Shown one piece after another: positions 13,437-26,594 of a DNA stretch of 64,000 nt (positions are counted from its first letter, which is position 1; each line of letters opens with the position of its first letter). This stretch comes from Octopus vulgaris. Taxonomy: Eukaryota. Location: contig OX597833.1 in the NCBI GenBank assembly GCA_951406725.2, positions 41,478,001 to 41,542,000 of the forward strand, written 5' to 3'. The position numbers and the translations under genes are program-made. Under the pieces are notes generated by a model, which searched no databases, was not told the origin of the DNA, and was given only the letters and a program-made list of their open reading frames with translations.

Positions 13437-13794
13437 CAGTCATGGGCAAACTAGGGCTCACAGGACTTTCTGAATGACATCCCAACCGAAAAATTGCCTT
13501 GCATTTTTTTTTTAGTAGTACGGCTCGCCTGACAACGAGCAAAGTCTCATGGGACCCGCTTCTCGTAAAAGGTTGCCCGTGCTTGCTCTACGTCAGTGGT
13601 TTTCAACCAGGGTTCCGCTAGTACAGTCCAGGGGTTCCGCAAGAAGTTACAAAACTGCTAACATCGGCAGTAATTTTTAATTCTCCTGTGCAGATATGTG
13701 TGCATAAGACTATTAAATTATTGCACAGGGGTTCCTCGAGCCAGTGGAAGGTTTCTTTGGGGTTCCGCTCCAGCAAAAAGTTTGTAAAGCACTG
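13437..13794. mobile_element. Two tandem hAT (Charlie/MER5-like) MITEs
   Basis: Element 1 13437-13585 (cagtcatgggcaaac..gttgcccgtgcttg). Element 2 13594-13794 (cagtggttttcaacc..gtttgtaaagcactg). The 8-bp TSD ctcta(t/c)gt occurs three times. Confidence 0.85.
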
Positions 13795-14678
13795 CTCTAC
13801 GTGAATGAAATTATAATAGAACACAAATCAAGAAGGCTATATTTTATATGGTGAGGGAAGCTACAGATCGGTACATCATCGAGGCAAAGACTCTGCTGTA
13901 TTATGACGTTCCGATCTGAGATCCTTGTGGGATCAACTTGATCATATCAAAAACAGGGTTCTTCAAGTTATTCATTCGATTAATGTACCAGTAGTTGAGT
14001 AGACACTTGAACTATTAATGTCATTTTCGGGGAGAATAAACATGATAGAGTGTGAGAAAGCTAACCCATTGATTTCCAAATACAGCTCATTTGAGGGGAT
14101 TACGCGCAGTTTCTGTCTATCAGCATAACGTTGTGCAAAAGATATTTCTCCAAGATGTAATGCAATGGACTCAAGCCCTGAATCGCATGACTACGAAAAT
14201 CACTCATCCAGACTAACTTCCGCGTACTCTCTTTATGCTCATGTTAAATGCATGAAGATCACAGCATCCACTTAAGCTTCTACGCCATCCACCTCCACGT
14301 TTCACTTCTATAAAAATATATATTTTTGTGACTGGGTAAGATGTTCCAGCTTTCTTGTGATGGTGATGAGTGACACCGCAAAGCAAGATGGAATCGCCCA
14401 ACACGCAGAGACGTCTCAAGTCAAAACCATCTCGCTTTACTTACTTTACAAATACCCTTGGGAAGGGAATGACTATCATAATTACCTATATGATCCTCTA
14501 ATAAGATGCTTAGACAAGAGACCAACATATTCTGTGACGGGTGCCAAAGGAATATTAGGTTTCTTTTCAAAAGATATAATTTCAAACTAAAGTATGCGTG
14601 TGTACGTGTTTGAGAGAGAGTGAGATAGAGAGAGAGAGAAACGCAAAAGACAGTAAAAGTAGTAAATACTACACTATT

Positions 14679-14722
<44 letters not shown>

Positions 14723-14738
14723 CAGAAATATAAATATA

Positions 14739-15366
14739 CTAGCATTACGACCCGTCTGTGCCGGGTCATAGTGCTAGTGCATGTATATATGTGTATATAT
14801 ATGTGTACATATTACATGTACATCTACATATATACATCTACACATAAAATACAAAATACAAAGTTATATCTTGATATCGCTAGTGATAACAATACTGAAA
14901 ATATATAACAAACTGGAATTGTATTCCATTTCTGCATGCTAATTTTATTTTTAATTTATTCCCATTCATGTGAAACCACTTATTCAAGTTCAAATCCTTG
15001 ATGCAATTTTATACCAATTGCTATTTTTACTTTTGTTATGTTACGATTATATTATACTTTAGTTTGATTTTAATTATTACTTACTACATATAATTCAATT
15101 GTTATTATTATTTTTATTGTTAAAGTGAAAGTGTCTGACATAAAATAGAGAAATGTTTTTGTTTCACTTTCAACACGTAATACTGAAATACTGGAGAAGA
15201 TATGATATTGCTATGGGATCGCCCTAGGCAAGAAGTTGAACTTTTTTTTTGCCGATGACACTCCCCGGACCCTAAGTAAGGCATGTGTAAAATTTGAATG
15301 AAATTGGTTGTGCAGTTCTCAAGTTTTAGGGAAACACACAGACAGACAGACACACATTATATATAT
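14739..15366 (-). mobile_element. Non-autonomous Helitron-like element
   Basis: CTAG at 14739-14742 next to hairpin gacccg-tctgtgc-cgggtc. The opposite end has gacagacacaca..tatatat, like the 7113 element. Confidence 0.6.
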
Positions 15367-15431
15367 TCAATATGTGACCGCGTGTGTATCGTTGGCGATT
15401 TTTCTCCTCCTTGGATCTTTCCTTTTTCTAT

Positions 15432-15466
15432 GTTTCTGACGAAGAGCTCCACTCGAAACGTTAAAT
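15432..15466 (+). ncRNA. Minimal hammerhead-ribozyme-like motif in a Penelope pLTR-type repeat
   Basis: guuu-CUGACGA-A-GAG cucca CUC-GAAA-C-GUU-aaau: conserved core, 3-bp helix II, palindromic ACGU at helix III. Confidence 0.5.
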
Positions 15467-17033
15467 CCTCCTCCTTTTTTTCCTTTCCTGGGCGTCCAAT
15501 AACTCTATACTTGTTCCACATCCTCGCGTTGTTGTGTTTTCTCTTTGTGTTTTCATGTTTGGATTACCTTTATATATAAATGTGTGTGTGTGTGTGTGTA
15601 TGAGTGTATAAATATATATTTGATGTACACAATCGAAGCAGCATCAAATTATAAATACCATCTTTATATCATTCTTAATGTATATATACCATTGACAATC
15701 ATGATGCTGTGGTTTTTGTCTGGGAGAAAAATCATCTCACAGACGTGTTAAAAAAGTGGAACGAGACAAACTTTGTCCCAGCACCGAGTTTCAGGAACAC
15801 CAGATGAGTTTCGACTTTCTTGGGTTTGTCAATGACGTATCCCCTGTAGTTACGTACCCAAACCAAAATCTAGACATCACCTCCCATACATAGCGAAGAA
15901 TGAATAATATATCCACATATATTGCAAAAAGCTTGGCGGACTAAATTAAACTGTGTATGCACAAATGAAGCAGCATTGAATTATATATAAAGTCTGTTAT
16001 CATATTTAACGTACAGATATATTGTTGTTTTTGTTTGAGAGAAATATCTCTTCGTGGACTTATCAGTGGTTATATTATTCACTGTTCGCTATATATCGGA
16101 GGTGATTTAGGTTATACATATAACTACAGGATATACGTCATTGACAAGCTCCAAGAAGGGCGAAGCACGGCTGGCATTTCCGTGATTCGCTGCTTGGACA
16201 ACGCTTGTCTCGTTCCGATATATATATTGTGTTTTTAATACAAAGCGTCTATGAGGAGATTTGTAGGTATGAATCTCTTCGTTAGAGAAAAAAAAAACAA
16301 GCCACATTACCAAAACATTAAAGCTTTCAATGTCTACATTTGGAATGATACATGGCAATGGAGAGAAAATCATGTCAAGAGCTGCAGAAGCTGCTTCAGA
16401 TTTTATTTTTTCATAGACCTTATGTGATGTTTAAAATGGAACGGCTCGTGCGTATGTGGAACGAGATCAGGGTCAATGTAATGTGCCAATAAGCACGTCG
16501 ATATTTTTTTAAAGCCAAAAGTTTATATCATTTGCAGATAGAGGAAGGTGAAACCTTTAATGAAAAACTTCTTTTCTTTTTCTGTAGCTAGTAAAGACTA
16601 GTTTCAAAGGTTTAGGAAGTGCTTAAATTTGTCCAATAAATTACTGGTGAATTGCCAGTGCTGATATAGAGAATACTACTTATTATCCAGGGCAGCTGAA
16701 AAACATATCGTTAAAGGGTGATATACACGAGAGCAAGTATAGAATGTTGATGAAACTGCACTTGTGTGGAAGTTCATGTTCGCTAGAACTTTTATATTAC
16801 ATGAAAATAAAATTAAGACCAGGGTTTAAAGCTACCGATAATCATGTGATGCTTCTTCTGGGAAGAAATGCTGATAGTGACATGAAATTGAAGCCTCTCT
16901 CGTGTATCACTCCCAAAATCCAATGGCTTTCAAGGGTTATGCAAAATTCAATTTACCTCTGGTTTCACCTTCAGATAAGAAAGTATGGATGACTAAGCCT
17001 CTTCGAAGAGTAGTTTAAAAACATTTTTATCCT

Positions 17034-18535
17034 GCTTGCTTCCCAGCCACATGGTTCAGGGTTCAGTGCCACTGCATGACAAGTGTCTTCTACTATAGAC
17101 TCAAGCCGACCAAAGCCTTGTGAGTGGATTTGGTTGACGAAAACTGAAAAAATCCTGTCGTGTGTGTGTGTTTGTGTACGAGGGGGCAGCCAAAAGAAAC
17201 CAGAATTTTGCAATATTATTTTATTCACTGAGCTTTGCATGTTTACACGTTTATCGTCTTCAAAATATTCTCCATTTGAAGTAATGTATCGGTCCAGACG
17301 GATTTTCCACTGTTCAAAGCAGCCCTGGAACTCTTGCGAAGTGATACCTCTTAACGCCGTCATCGTTTTTTACTTCACCTCCTCCACATCTGCAAAGCGT
17401 TTTCCTTTATGGACTTCTTTCATTCGTGAGAACAAAAACAATGAGCAAAATCAGGTGAATGGGGAGTGTGGGTAAGCATAATTATGCCATTTTTGTTCAA
17501 AAACTGTCTCATACACAATGCGATGTTCACAGGCGCATTGTTGTGATGAAACCACCACTCTCCACTTTGCAACAGGTCGTGGCGTAATCTTCTCTCCGCG
17601 TCTCACAAACGCTTCAGAACTACTAAGTAAAATGTCTGGTTAACAATTTAACCAAGAGGAACAAATTATGTGCGGATAATTCCTTTCGCATCAATGAAAC
17701 AAACCAACATCGCCTTGACGTTGGACTTCACTTGACGCACGTTTTGGGGGGCGTGGTGACATTGAATGCTTCCATTGACTTGATTACTGCTTTATTTCCG
17801 GGTCGTAGCCGTTGCAGCAGCTTTCGCCACCAGTGATGATCTTCGAAAAAAGGTCCGGATCAACTTCCAACTGTTTTTTTCAGCTCTTGATGGTCCTCCA
17901 AAATCAGTTCACGAATTTTCGTAATATTTTCATTCGTTCGGGAAGTCTACAGTCGCCCTGAATGAGTTTGGGCTTCAAGCGACAAGTGACCATTCCTAAA
18001 GCATGAAAACCACTCGTAAACTTTGTGTTTTGCTCATGGCAGTGTCCTTGTAAACTGTTTGAAGTATGTCAACTCTTTCGATTGCCATTTTCTCCAGCAG
18101 AAAACAATTTCATGGAAGCACTCTGTTCCTGCGTTTCAGCCATAGCAAAAATCGACGAACAGGGGAGAAGGACTGCAAAACAAAGACGCATCACGTGACA
18201 GTATGAAATCACTCGACGATGATGCCAGTCGGCAGACTGATGCCTGAGTGTTGCATCAAGCGACTCCTAGCGGTGAAAGCCTGAACTACAACGGGCTTGT
18301 CCCTCAGAGAACATTTCTGGTTACTTTGGGGTACCCCCTCGTGTGTGCGTGTGTGTGTGTGTGTGTGTGTTCCTTCATCACCGCTTGTTTTACTTCCCCG
18401 TAACTAAGCGGTTCGGCAAAAGTTACCGATAGAATAAGTACTAGGCTGAGGTCGATTCATTCGACTAAAAATTCTTCAAGGCGGTGCCCCAGCATGGCTG
18501 CAGTCTAATGACCGAAACAAGTAAAAGATAAAAGA
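17034..18535 (+). mobile_element. SINE family B split by a mariner
   Basis: 5' half 17034-17176 and 3' half 18342-18535 join across the internal (TG)n. Confidence 0.85.
17179..18341 (-). mobile_element. Mariner transposon, decayed
   Basis: TIRs cgagggggcagccaaaagaaaccagaa / ttctggttactttggggtaccccctcg. C-terminus EFQGCFEQWKIRLDRYITSNGEYFED. Confidence 0.92.
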
Positions 18536-19160
18536 TATCAGACATAATATTTCCAACAAAGCCTAGTTCCTTTTAGACAATGAATAAAGCCATCAAGTGA
18601 ACTTAAATGAATTTTCTGATAATGTGAGAGCAGAATATATCTCAAAGAATACAACGTTTTTACTCCAATCAAGGTGTGATACCGAACTTCAAGGTACATT
18701 ATCTGCGAAGAACTTACAAACAGCTTGTGAAATCATATGATAGAGAGGATAGACCCCCACAGTTAAAGACTTCTGGAAGAAATTCAGTAAAATGGTTACT
18801 ATGGATAGCATGGCTGAATCATGAAATGAAGTGAATGCCTCAAATTTGAATAGTATTGGAGAAAATATGGGACCAGACTTTATCCATGACTTTACAAGTT
18901 TTCAACACACACACATACCTACCATATTCTACAGACATACAAGTAACAAGGTCTCAGACAGACAAACGGACTGGGAGAGAAGTCACCGAAAAGGTTGCGA
19001 ATGGCAATGAAAGAACTTTGACTAACAAAAATAAAACGAATGATTGTTTAACCAACAAGTTAATTAAACGATCGATTTGTTAGTTGGATAGATAATTAAG
19101 CAAGTGATTAATAATAATGGAGTGGAACTGAACCGGTGCGTGTGTTAATACTGGCGTAAT

Positions 19161-19388
19161 GCGGCGAGCTGGCAGAATCGTTAGCACGCCGGGCGAAATG
19201 CGCAGCCGTAATTCGTCTGCCGCTACATTCTGAGTTCAAATTCCGCCGAGGTCGACTTTGCCTTTCATCCTTTCGGGGTCGATTAAATAAGTACCAGTAA
19301 ATCACTGGGGTCGATATAATCGACTTAATCCCCTTGTCTGTCCTTGTTTGTCCCCTCTATGTTTAGCCCCCTGTGGGCAATAAAGAAG
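19161..19388 (+). mobile_element. SINE family A
   Basis: Consensus match; imperfect TSD aata(c/t)tggc.t.atg. Confidence 0.9.
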
Positions 19389-20161
19389 TAAATATTGGCC
19401 TGATGACTCTCCCTAAACACAACAGACAGAAAGTTTACGTTAAATTCCGAAAGATGTTGTGAGTCTTGGAAATGATGTAAGGTTTGCAGAAATTATGCAG
19501 GATGTGTTTCGGTTGCAAGTATCCCAAACAGAAAGTTATCTAACGAGGAACTGAGGAGCAAGCTGAGAATACAGATAAGAATACGGAAATTCCATCAACT
19601 CAATTTTAATTAACTGCAAAGAATATTGCTAAAGGGTTAGCACTTATATAGGAATTTCTTTAAGTGTTTAATGATAATAACTCTAATCGTTAACGTAGCA
19701 AAAATTTTAAAAGGAGTTTGCCCTGAGCACAGTTCCTACACCAAGCTGTACAGAGATGATGGGCTATAGACATCAAACAACTTTGGATAAGTTCTACACC
19801 ACTCAAACAGATGTTGAAGATAAACAAAAAGATAGGAGACACCGTCCCTCATCCTCCCAGCAACTCACGTTCCAGCACCACTCCCCATACAATAGTAAAC
19901 ATCTTTTTACAGTAAAAACGTACCCTATTGCGATATTGCAATTCAGATTTATTCCCTAATGAATTTCCCTTCAAATGTTTTTATATATACATTTTGAACT
20001 ATGTTTAGAAATTGTTATTTTCATGTACGAAAGTGGTCGTGTGCTTTTTTTTTTTTTTATTGTTTTTTTTTAATTTGTCGAAAGGCATTCTTAATGAGGA
20101 AATATATTACGATTAACGAGATTTCCTGTATTTTCAGGAACACAGAACTCGCACAACGCGA

Positions 20162-20210
<49 letters not shown>

Positions 20211-20212
20211 AC

Positions 20213-20535
20213 AGGCGTGACTGTGTGGTAAGAGGCTTGCTTCCCAAATACATGGTTCCGGGTTCACTGAGAGGCACCTTGGGCAAGTCTCTTCTACTAC
20301 AGCCTCGAACCGACAAAAGCTTTGTGAGTGGATTCGGTGGATGGAAACTGAAAGAAGCCTATCGTATATATGAATGTGTATATATACCCGTAATACAGCG
20401 GTTCGGCAAATGAAACCGATAGAATAAGTGCAATACTTTATAAAAAAAAATTAATACTGGAGTCGATTTGTTCGACTAAACTGTTTAAGGCGGCGTCCCA
20501 GCATGGCGCAATCTGATGACTGAAAAAGATAAAGG
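20213..20535 (+). mobile_element. SINE family B
   Basis: tRNA-like head ggcgtgactgtgtggtaag, caccttgggcaagt core, family tail. Confidence 0.8.
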
Positions 20536-20956
20536 ATATATAAATATATATATATTTGTTTTTATGTCAAATTATATATAAAAGCAATTTAACTTTAACC
20601 TGAAGGATTACTCAATACTCTTTACTTTATTAAAGGGACAGACTATGCGGTATCATAATTCTATGTATGTGAGTATTCGACAAAAATACACTTGACCCTT
20701 TAACATAATCGTCAGATAGGCTTAGCCTGACACTGTGTGTCAAAGCTACTCCTTTGAATTACTCCTTTGAATTTCTCCTTTGAATTTGAATTACATTCTA
20801 TCGAATATACTCTTTAAAAGGATGAAATAAAAAGAAAAGAGAAAATGGAGGAAAAAATAGGGGAGAAGCAGCAGATGGCGGAGGGGTGAAAAGGCGATAT
20901 GCATATTTATTTACTTTAACCTCAACGTCAAAGTTTCGGCTTGCTCACTTTCATTG

Positions 20957-21290
<334 letters not shown>

Positions 21291-21525
21291 GCACATATGT
21301 GTGATATGTGTGATCTGATATATTTGAATGGGCGTCTACCGTGAAAGTGTGTTCTGTTTCCTGCTTGCTCTATGCCCCGTTAATCTGTTATAAAGTGGTT
21401 GCGAATTAAGTTATGTCACTCTCGCTATATATTACTTTATTTCATGTTCTTATTCCCTAGTTCATAGATATTTCTTGTACTTTACGTAACATATGTCACA
21501 TTTCTATCTCTGAATATTGATTCCT

Positions 21526-22409
21526 GGCAGAAACGTTAGCACGCCGGGCGAAATGCTTTGCGATATTTCGTCTGCCACAACGTTCTGAGTTCAAATTCCG
21601 CCGAGGTCGACTTGGCCTTTCATCCTTTCGGGGTCGATAAATTAAGTACCAGTTACGCATTGGGGTCGATGTAATCGACTTAATCCGTTTGTCTGCCCTT
21701 GTTTGTCCTCTCTGTGTTTAGCCTCTTGTGGGTAGTAAAGAAATACGTATTTCGTTCCGCCGAGGTCGACTTTGCCTTTCATCCTTTCGGAGTCAATTAA
21801 ATAAGTACCAGTTACGCACTGGGGTCGATATAATCGACTTGATCCGTTTGTCTGTCCTTGTTTGTCCTCTCTGTGTTTAGCCCCTTGTGGGTAGTAAGGA
21901 AATAGGTATTTCGTCTGCCGCTACGTTCTGAGTTCAAATTCCGCCGAAGTCGACTTTACCTTTCATCATTTCAGGGTCGATAAATAAAGTACCAGTTACG
22001 CACTGGGGTCGATGTAATCGACTTATTCCCTTTGTAGCACGCCGGGCGAAATGCGTAGCCGTATTTCGTCTGCCGTTACGTTCTGAGTTCAAATTCCATC
22101 GAGGTCGACTTTGCCTTTCATCCTTTCGGGGTCGATAAATTATGTACCAGTTACGCACTGGGGTCGATGTAATCGACTTAACCCGTTTGTCTGTCCTGGT
22201 TTGTCCCCTCTGTGTGTAGCCCCCTTGTCGGTAGTAAAGAAATAGGTATTTCGTCCGTCCTTAAGTTCTGAGTTCAAACTCCACCGAAGTCAACTTTGCC
22301 TTTCATGCTTTCGGGGTCGATAAAATACGTATCAGTCGGGCACTGGGGTCGATATAATCGACTTACCCCCTCCCCTGAAACTGCAGGCCTTGTGCCAAAA
22401 TTTGAAACC
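21526..22409 (+). mobile_element. Five-unit SINE family A array
   Basis: Core repeated 5 times; 12-bp TSD atattgattcct at 21514-21525 and 22410-22421. Confidence 0.9.
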
Positions 22410-22945
22410 ATATTGATTCCTAAATTAGGAATAAGGCTATTAATTTTCTTGGTGTGAGAATAGTCGATTAAATCCACCCCAATATTTGGCTAGTAATTTG
22501 TTTTGTTGATTAGTGAAGGAGCATGACTTAGTGTTTAAGGTATTCGTTTCACGAACATGAGTTGTACATGTAATTCAAACGACCAGCCTTGTCACACTCT
22601 GTGTGTCATGTTGAATCTTCCTGGGAACTATGTTAAGGGCACGTGTGTTTGTAGTGTGCTCAGCCACTTGCACGTCAATTTCACAAGCAGACTGTCCCGT
22701 TGATTTGGATCAACTGAAACCCTCGTTACAAGTAAAAGAGAAAATATCTAAAAAAAATTATAAGGCGGTGAGCTGGCAAAATAGTTAGCGCAACAGACTG
22801 ATGCTTAGCGGCAATTTTGACTTTCATATTTCCGGGGGTCGACAAAATAAAGTACTAGCTAAGTACTGAGTCGATGTAGTCGATCTGCGACACCCCACTT
22901 TACCCCCCACAGGTTGCTAGTCACGCGCCAAAATTAGAAAGAATG

Positions 22946-23187
22946 TATTTCTTTTACTACCCACAAGGGTCTAAACACAGAAGAGACAAACAAGGACAGA
23001 CAAACGGATTAAGTCGATTATATCGACCCCAGTGCGTAACTAGTACTTATTTAATCGACCCCAAAAGGATGAAAGGCAAAGTCGACCTCGGCGGAATTTG
23101 AACTCAGAACGTAGCGGCAGACGAAATACCACTAAGCATTTCACGCGGCACGCTAAAGTTTAACTCGACGCTCCACTTCGCCGCCTT
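22946..23187 (-). mobile_element. SINE family A
   Basis: Reverse-complement consensus match. Confidence 0.9.
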
Positions 23188-23704
23188 AAATTATAAAGAA
23201 TGTAGCTATCTTGTCGAAAAACAAGGGACATATCTGTATCATTCATGCTGTTCTCAAAGGTATTGTGAACGGATCTAGTGTCGGTTTCGACAATGAACAT
23301 TCCATCTTTTCGATCAGCTAAATTACTACTTCATTGAATTAAAAAGTAAGTGGCTGAGTATTCTAGAGAACCTTCTATCCCTAATATAATATTCGAGCAG
23401 GTTCAATGTGACACTTTCACGCGGCTGGCTCTTTGAATTTATAGCTATAATCCATCATGCATTTTAGAGCAAGCGGATGAGTTTTCCGTAACACGTGTAC
23501 ATGTAATGCTGTTCCCAGGCAAGCTCATACCTTGGCACAATGTGGGAAAAGGCTGGTTCTTTGAATTAAAGGGACAGACAATGCGGTATCATAATCCTAT
23601 GTATGTGAGTACTCGACAAAAATACACTTGACCCTTTAACATAAATGTCAGATAGGCTTAGCCTGACACTGTGTTACAAAGCTACTCCTTTGAATTTGAA
23701 TTAC

Positions 23705-24236
23705 AGTCCATCGAATATACTCTTTAAAAGGATGAAATAAAAAGAAAAGAGAAAATGGAGGAAAAATGGGGGAGAAGCAGCATGGGCCACATATCCCAGA
23801 AAACTAGGGGCGCTCGGTCGCGCCCCGCGGTAATGACCATGATGGCGTTGCCACGGAAAATGGCCAGAAACATTGGCTGCAGGAACCACCCCATCTCATC
23901 GGGTTCATTTCTCCGACGGACCGTCGTTATTCCTATTTTGCGAAGGAAATTGACAGTACGGCGCCCTAGAACACTTGACATCTCGACGACAACCGGTAGA
24001 AAGTGATAGCGGCCGGCCAGGCTCCTGCACTTATTGATTTTTCTCTCCTCCGCGTTACGGGCGACGACACTGGGGCTTGCGACAGATACCGCGTGGTTGG
24101 AACCAGACAACGTGTCGCTGCACGTCGCGTCCCAGACTAGGGATCTGCCTCCTTCGAATGAGAAGAGGGTTATCCCGTCGAGGCGCTTATGGTCGGGACC
24201 TGCAGGCTCAAGTTGAGACGGGAAACCATCGTACAT
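23705..24236 (-). mobile_element. CRE-clade non-LTR retrotransposon 3' end (restriction-like endonuclease)
   Basis: EP..KRLDGITL..GRSLVWDATCSDT..AEERKINK..FLPVVVE..G..AIFRGNA matches the PD-(D/E)xK RLE domain of CRE-type elements. Confidence 0.8.
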
Positions 24237-25652
24237 TATAGTTATTATAGTTCAAGTGGGTGAATATTCCGTAAAAACAAAAAAGCTGTATCTTTTATGT
24301 AATCCTCGGGTGGAATCATCCTGGCGCAGTGTGTAACAAGGCTGAACCCTCCAATTACAGAGACAGTCATCTAGGGGACTTCTACCCAGTTTTCGACAAC
24401 CCGATTTCACACACACAGCTTGGGTGACTCCTAAGCCGTGGTAGAAAACACTTGTCTAAAATGCAGCACAGTAGGATTGAACCCAAAACCTCACGATTGA
24501 GTTGACAATTTCTCGGCCATTTAGTCATACGTTCATTTGCAAAAGTAACTGTGTATCACCCAGACTGTCAGATAATTCCCATCCAGTTGGCCATTATTCA
24601 TTGTAGAGTTAGAAGCAAACTGCCAGCACAACACTTCTTTTGGTCCTCAGTCGAAGTCATTTCATATTTCTTACAATCTGGGTGAAGGGATTAGGGAAAA
24701 AAATTTAAGAATCGAAATTATGGTGATGTTTCTTCAGCTGGGGAGATTATTTTGTACTCTACAATTTTCTAACTTCAATTCAGTCATAAATTCCTATTTT
24801 CGGTGCGTTATAGTCGACTGAGTCAACAGCAGGGTTGCCAGATCAATTTCATAAAATGTAGGACAAATTTTTCAATAAATAGCTTATTATAAATGCAAAA
24901 TGAAAATTTAGCTTGTAAATTAATAATATATTAATGTATGCGAGCGCGTGTGTTTGTATGTGTTTGTATGTGTGTGTCTGTGTGTGTGCGTGTGTGGCTT
25001 TCTTAGTGCTACTGGTAATATGTAACTTAGTACATGTGACAACTTAATACAATCGACAATCTGTTGCATAGTCGGGCCATCAGCAACTAAACCTGCAACA
25101 CTACCAACCCTGCTGGACAAGGAGTGGTTTTTATTGGATACTCAGTAGGACAAAAGCAAAACCTGTCAAAGGGCAGATGAACTCAGTAGAGTCAACGACC
25201 ATCCAACAGCTTGGAAAGATCCCTAGTCTTTGTTTAGGCATCTCTCTAGAGGGAAAATTCTAATACAATACCTGCAGCTAGGTATGTGTAGTTTAGAGAG
25301 TGAGATTGGCCCTGTGCAAGGGTTTTCCTCACTTAAAAAAACTTCAGATACAGGGTTTGCTTAACTGTTAATATCTCTATTGTGTGTTGCTCACTGATTG
25401 GCCGTAGCCAGAAATAGCAAAAAAAGACAAAAAAACAATGAAAAATTCCATGATGGAATGAAAGCATGTGTCGGCGTGGGTGGTAAACTCTATAGACACA
25501 TGCTGCTAGCGGCGTCTATCGTTACCTTAGATACGGAAGAGGGTGTAGGTCCCTAGTTGAACTGAAATACCATATCGGTGTTGCTCCTGTTTAAAAGAAT
25601 AATCAAGCGATGACATTACTCGAAATGGAATTGCAGCCGTCGTGTATATATA

Positions 25653-25985
25653 GGTGCGCGTGGCTCAGTGGTTAGAACGTCGAGCTTACGATCGGGAGGT
25701 TGTGAGCTCGAATCCCGGACCGGGCTGCGTGTTGTGTTCTTGAGCAAGACACTTTATTTCACGTTGCTCCAGTTCACTCAGCTGTAGAAATGAGTTGCGA
25801 CGTCACAGGTGCCAAGCTGTATCGGCCCTTGCCTTTCCCTTGGACAACATCGGTGACGTGGAGAGGAGAGGCCGGTATGCATGGGCGACTGCTGGTCTTC
25901 CATAAAACAACCTTGCCCAGACTTGTGCCTCAGAGGGTAACTCTCTAGGTGCAAACCCATGGTCAGTGTCTGACCGAAGGGGGTC
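25653..25985 (+). mobile_element. SINE family C (tRNA head, V-domain-like gtgttcttgagcaagacactt)
   Basis: A box tggctcagtggt and B box. A related reverse copy lies at about 60270-60593. Confidence 0.8.
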
Positions 25986-26594
25986 ATTTATATATGTTTA
26001 TAGCTGAATGTGTGTGTGTGTGGCAGGGGGTGTTTCTAGGAGGTTGAGCGACTCAGTTGTCGTATTGCAACATCTCCATGTGTTTTATTGGCTTAATAGT
26101 ACTGAGTTCAATTCTAGAAATTGCCGGTAATAGGCCAGTGTTACGTATACGCGAAAACAGATGTTTTATCAGTTTTGTAACATAGATACTACCGATAACA
26201 CCTGACCCAAATAGATTAGAGATATCCACGAAAAGCAAAGCAAAAGGAAAAAACAATACAGCAAGAAGCATGACAAATTAATCTTATCATTCCCAAAACA
26301 GGAAGGATGGAAATAAAGTGAGGGTCTAGCAACCGAATTCCACCCAGAAGGATTTAATCGACTCGAAGCTATGGTAGAAGGCCAGTTGCTGAAGGTACCC
26401 GGCAGCAAGTTTGAACACGGAACCACAAAGTTGCAAAGCGAACTTCTTAATCGCCCAGCCATGCCTGCACTCAGTCAAATACTGAGGTTAGGGTCGCATG
26501 AGTGTTTGATTTGGTTTCTTGCTTGTCAAGAGTTTTGTTTTGTTTTCGGAGTGGGGAGGTTATATTTTAGCTACTTGGTATTTTAAAAATTAAA

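Larger units (their letters stand above)
16400..19830 (+). mobile_element. Fragmented Tigger/pogo transposon (DDE) split by SINEs and a mariner
   Basis: Remnants NVDETALVWK, PGFKA, NADSDMKLKPL, KVWMT, then after 18537 NTTFL..GVIPNFKVHYLRRT and DFWKKF. Boundaries approximate. Confidence 0.8.

Noticed and set aside
21526-22409. CRISPR-like repeat array
   Set aside because: Units are about 100-190-bp SINE bodies with no unique spacers and no cas genes, in eukaryotic context.
25653-25725. tRNA gene
   Set aside because: The tRNA-like head runs directly into a SINE body and has no proper acceptor stem.
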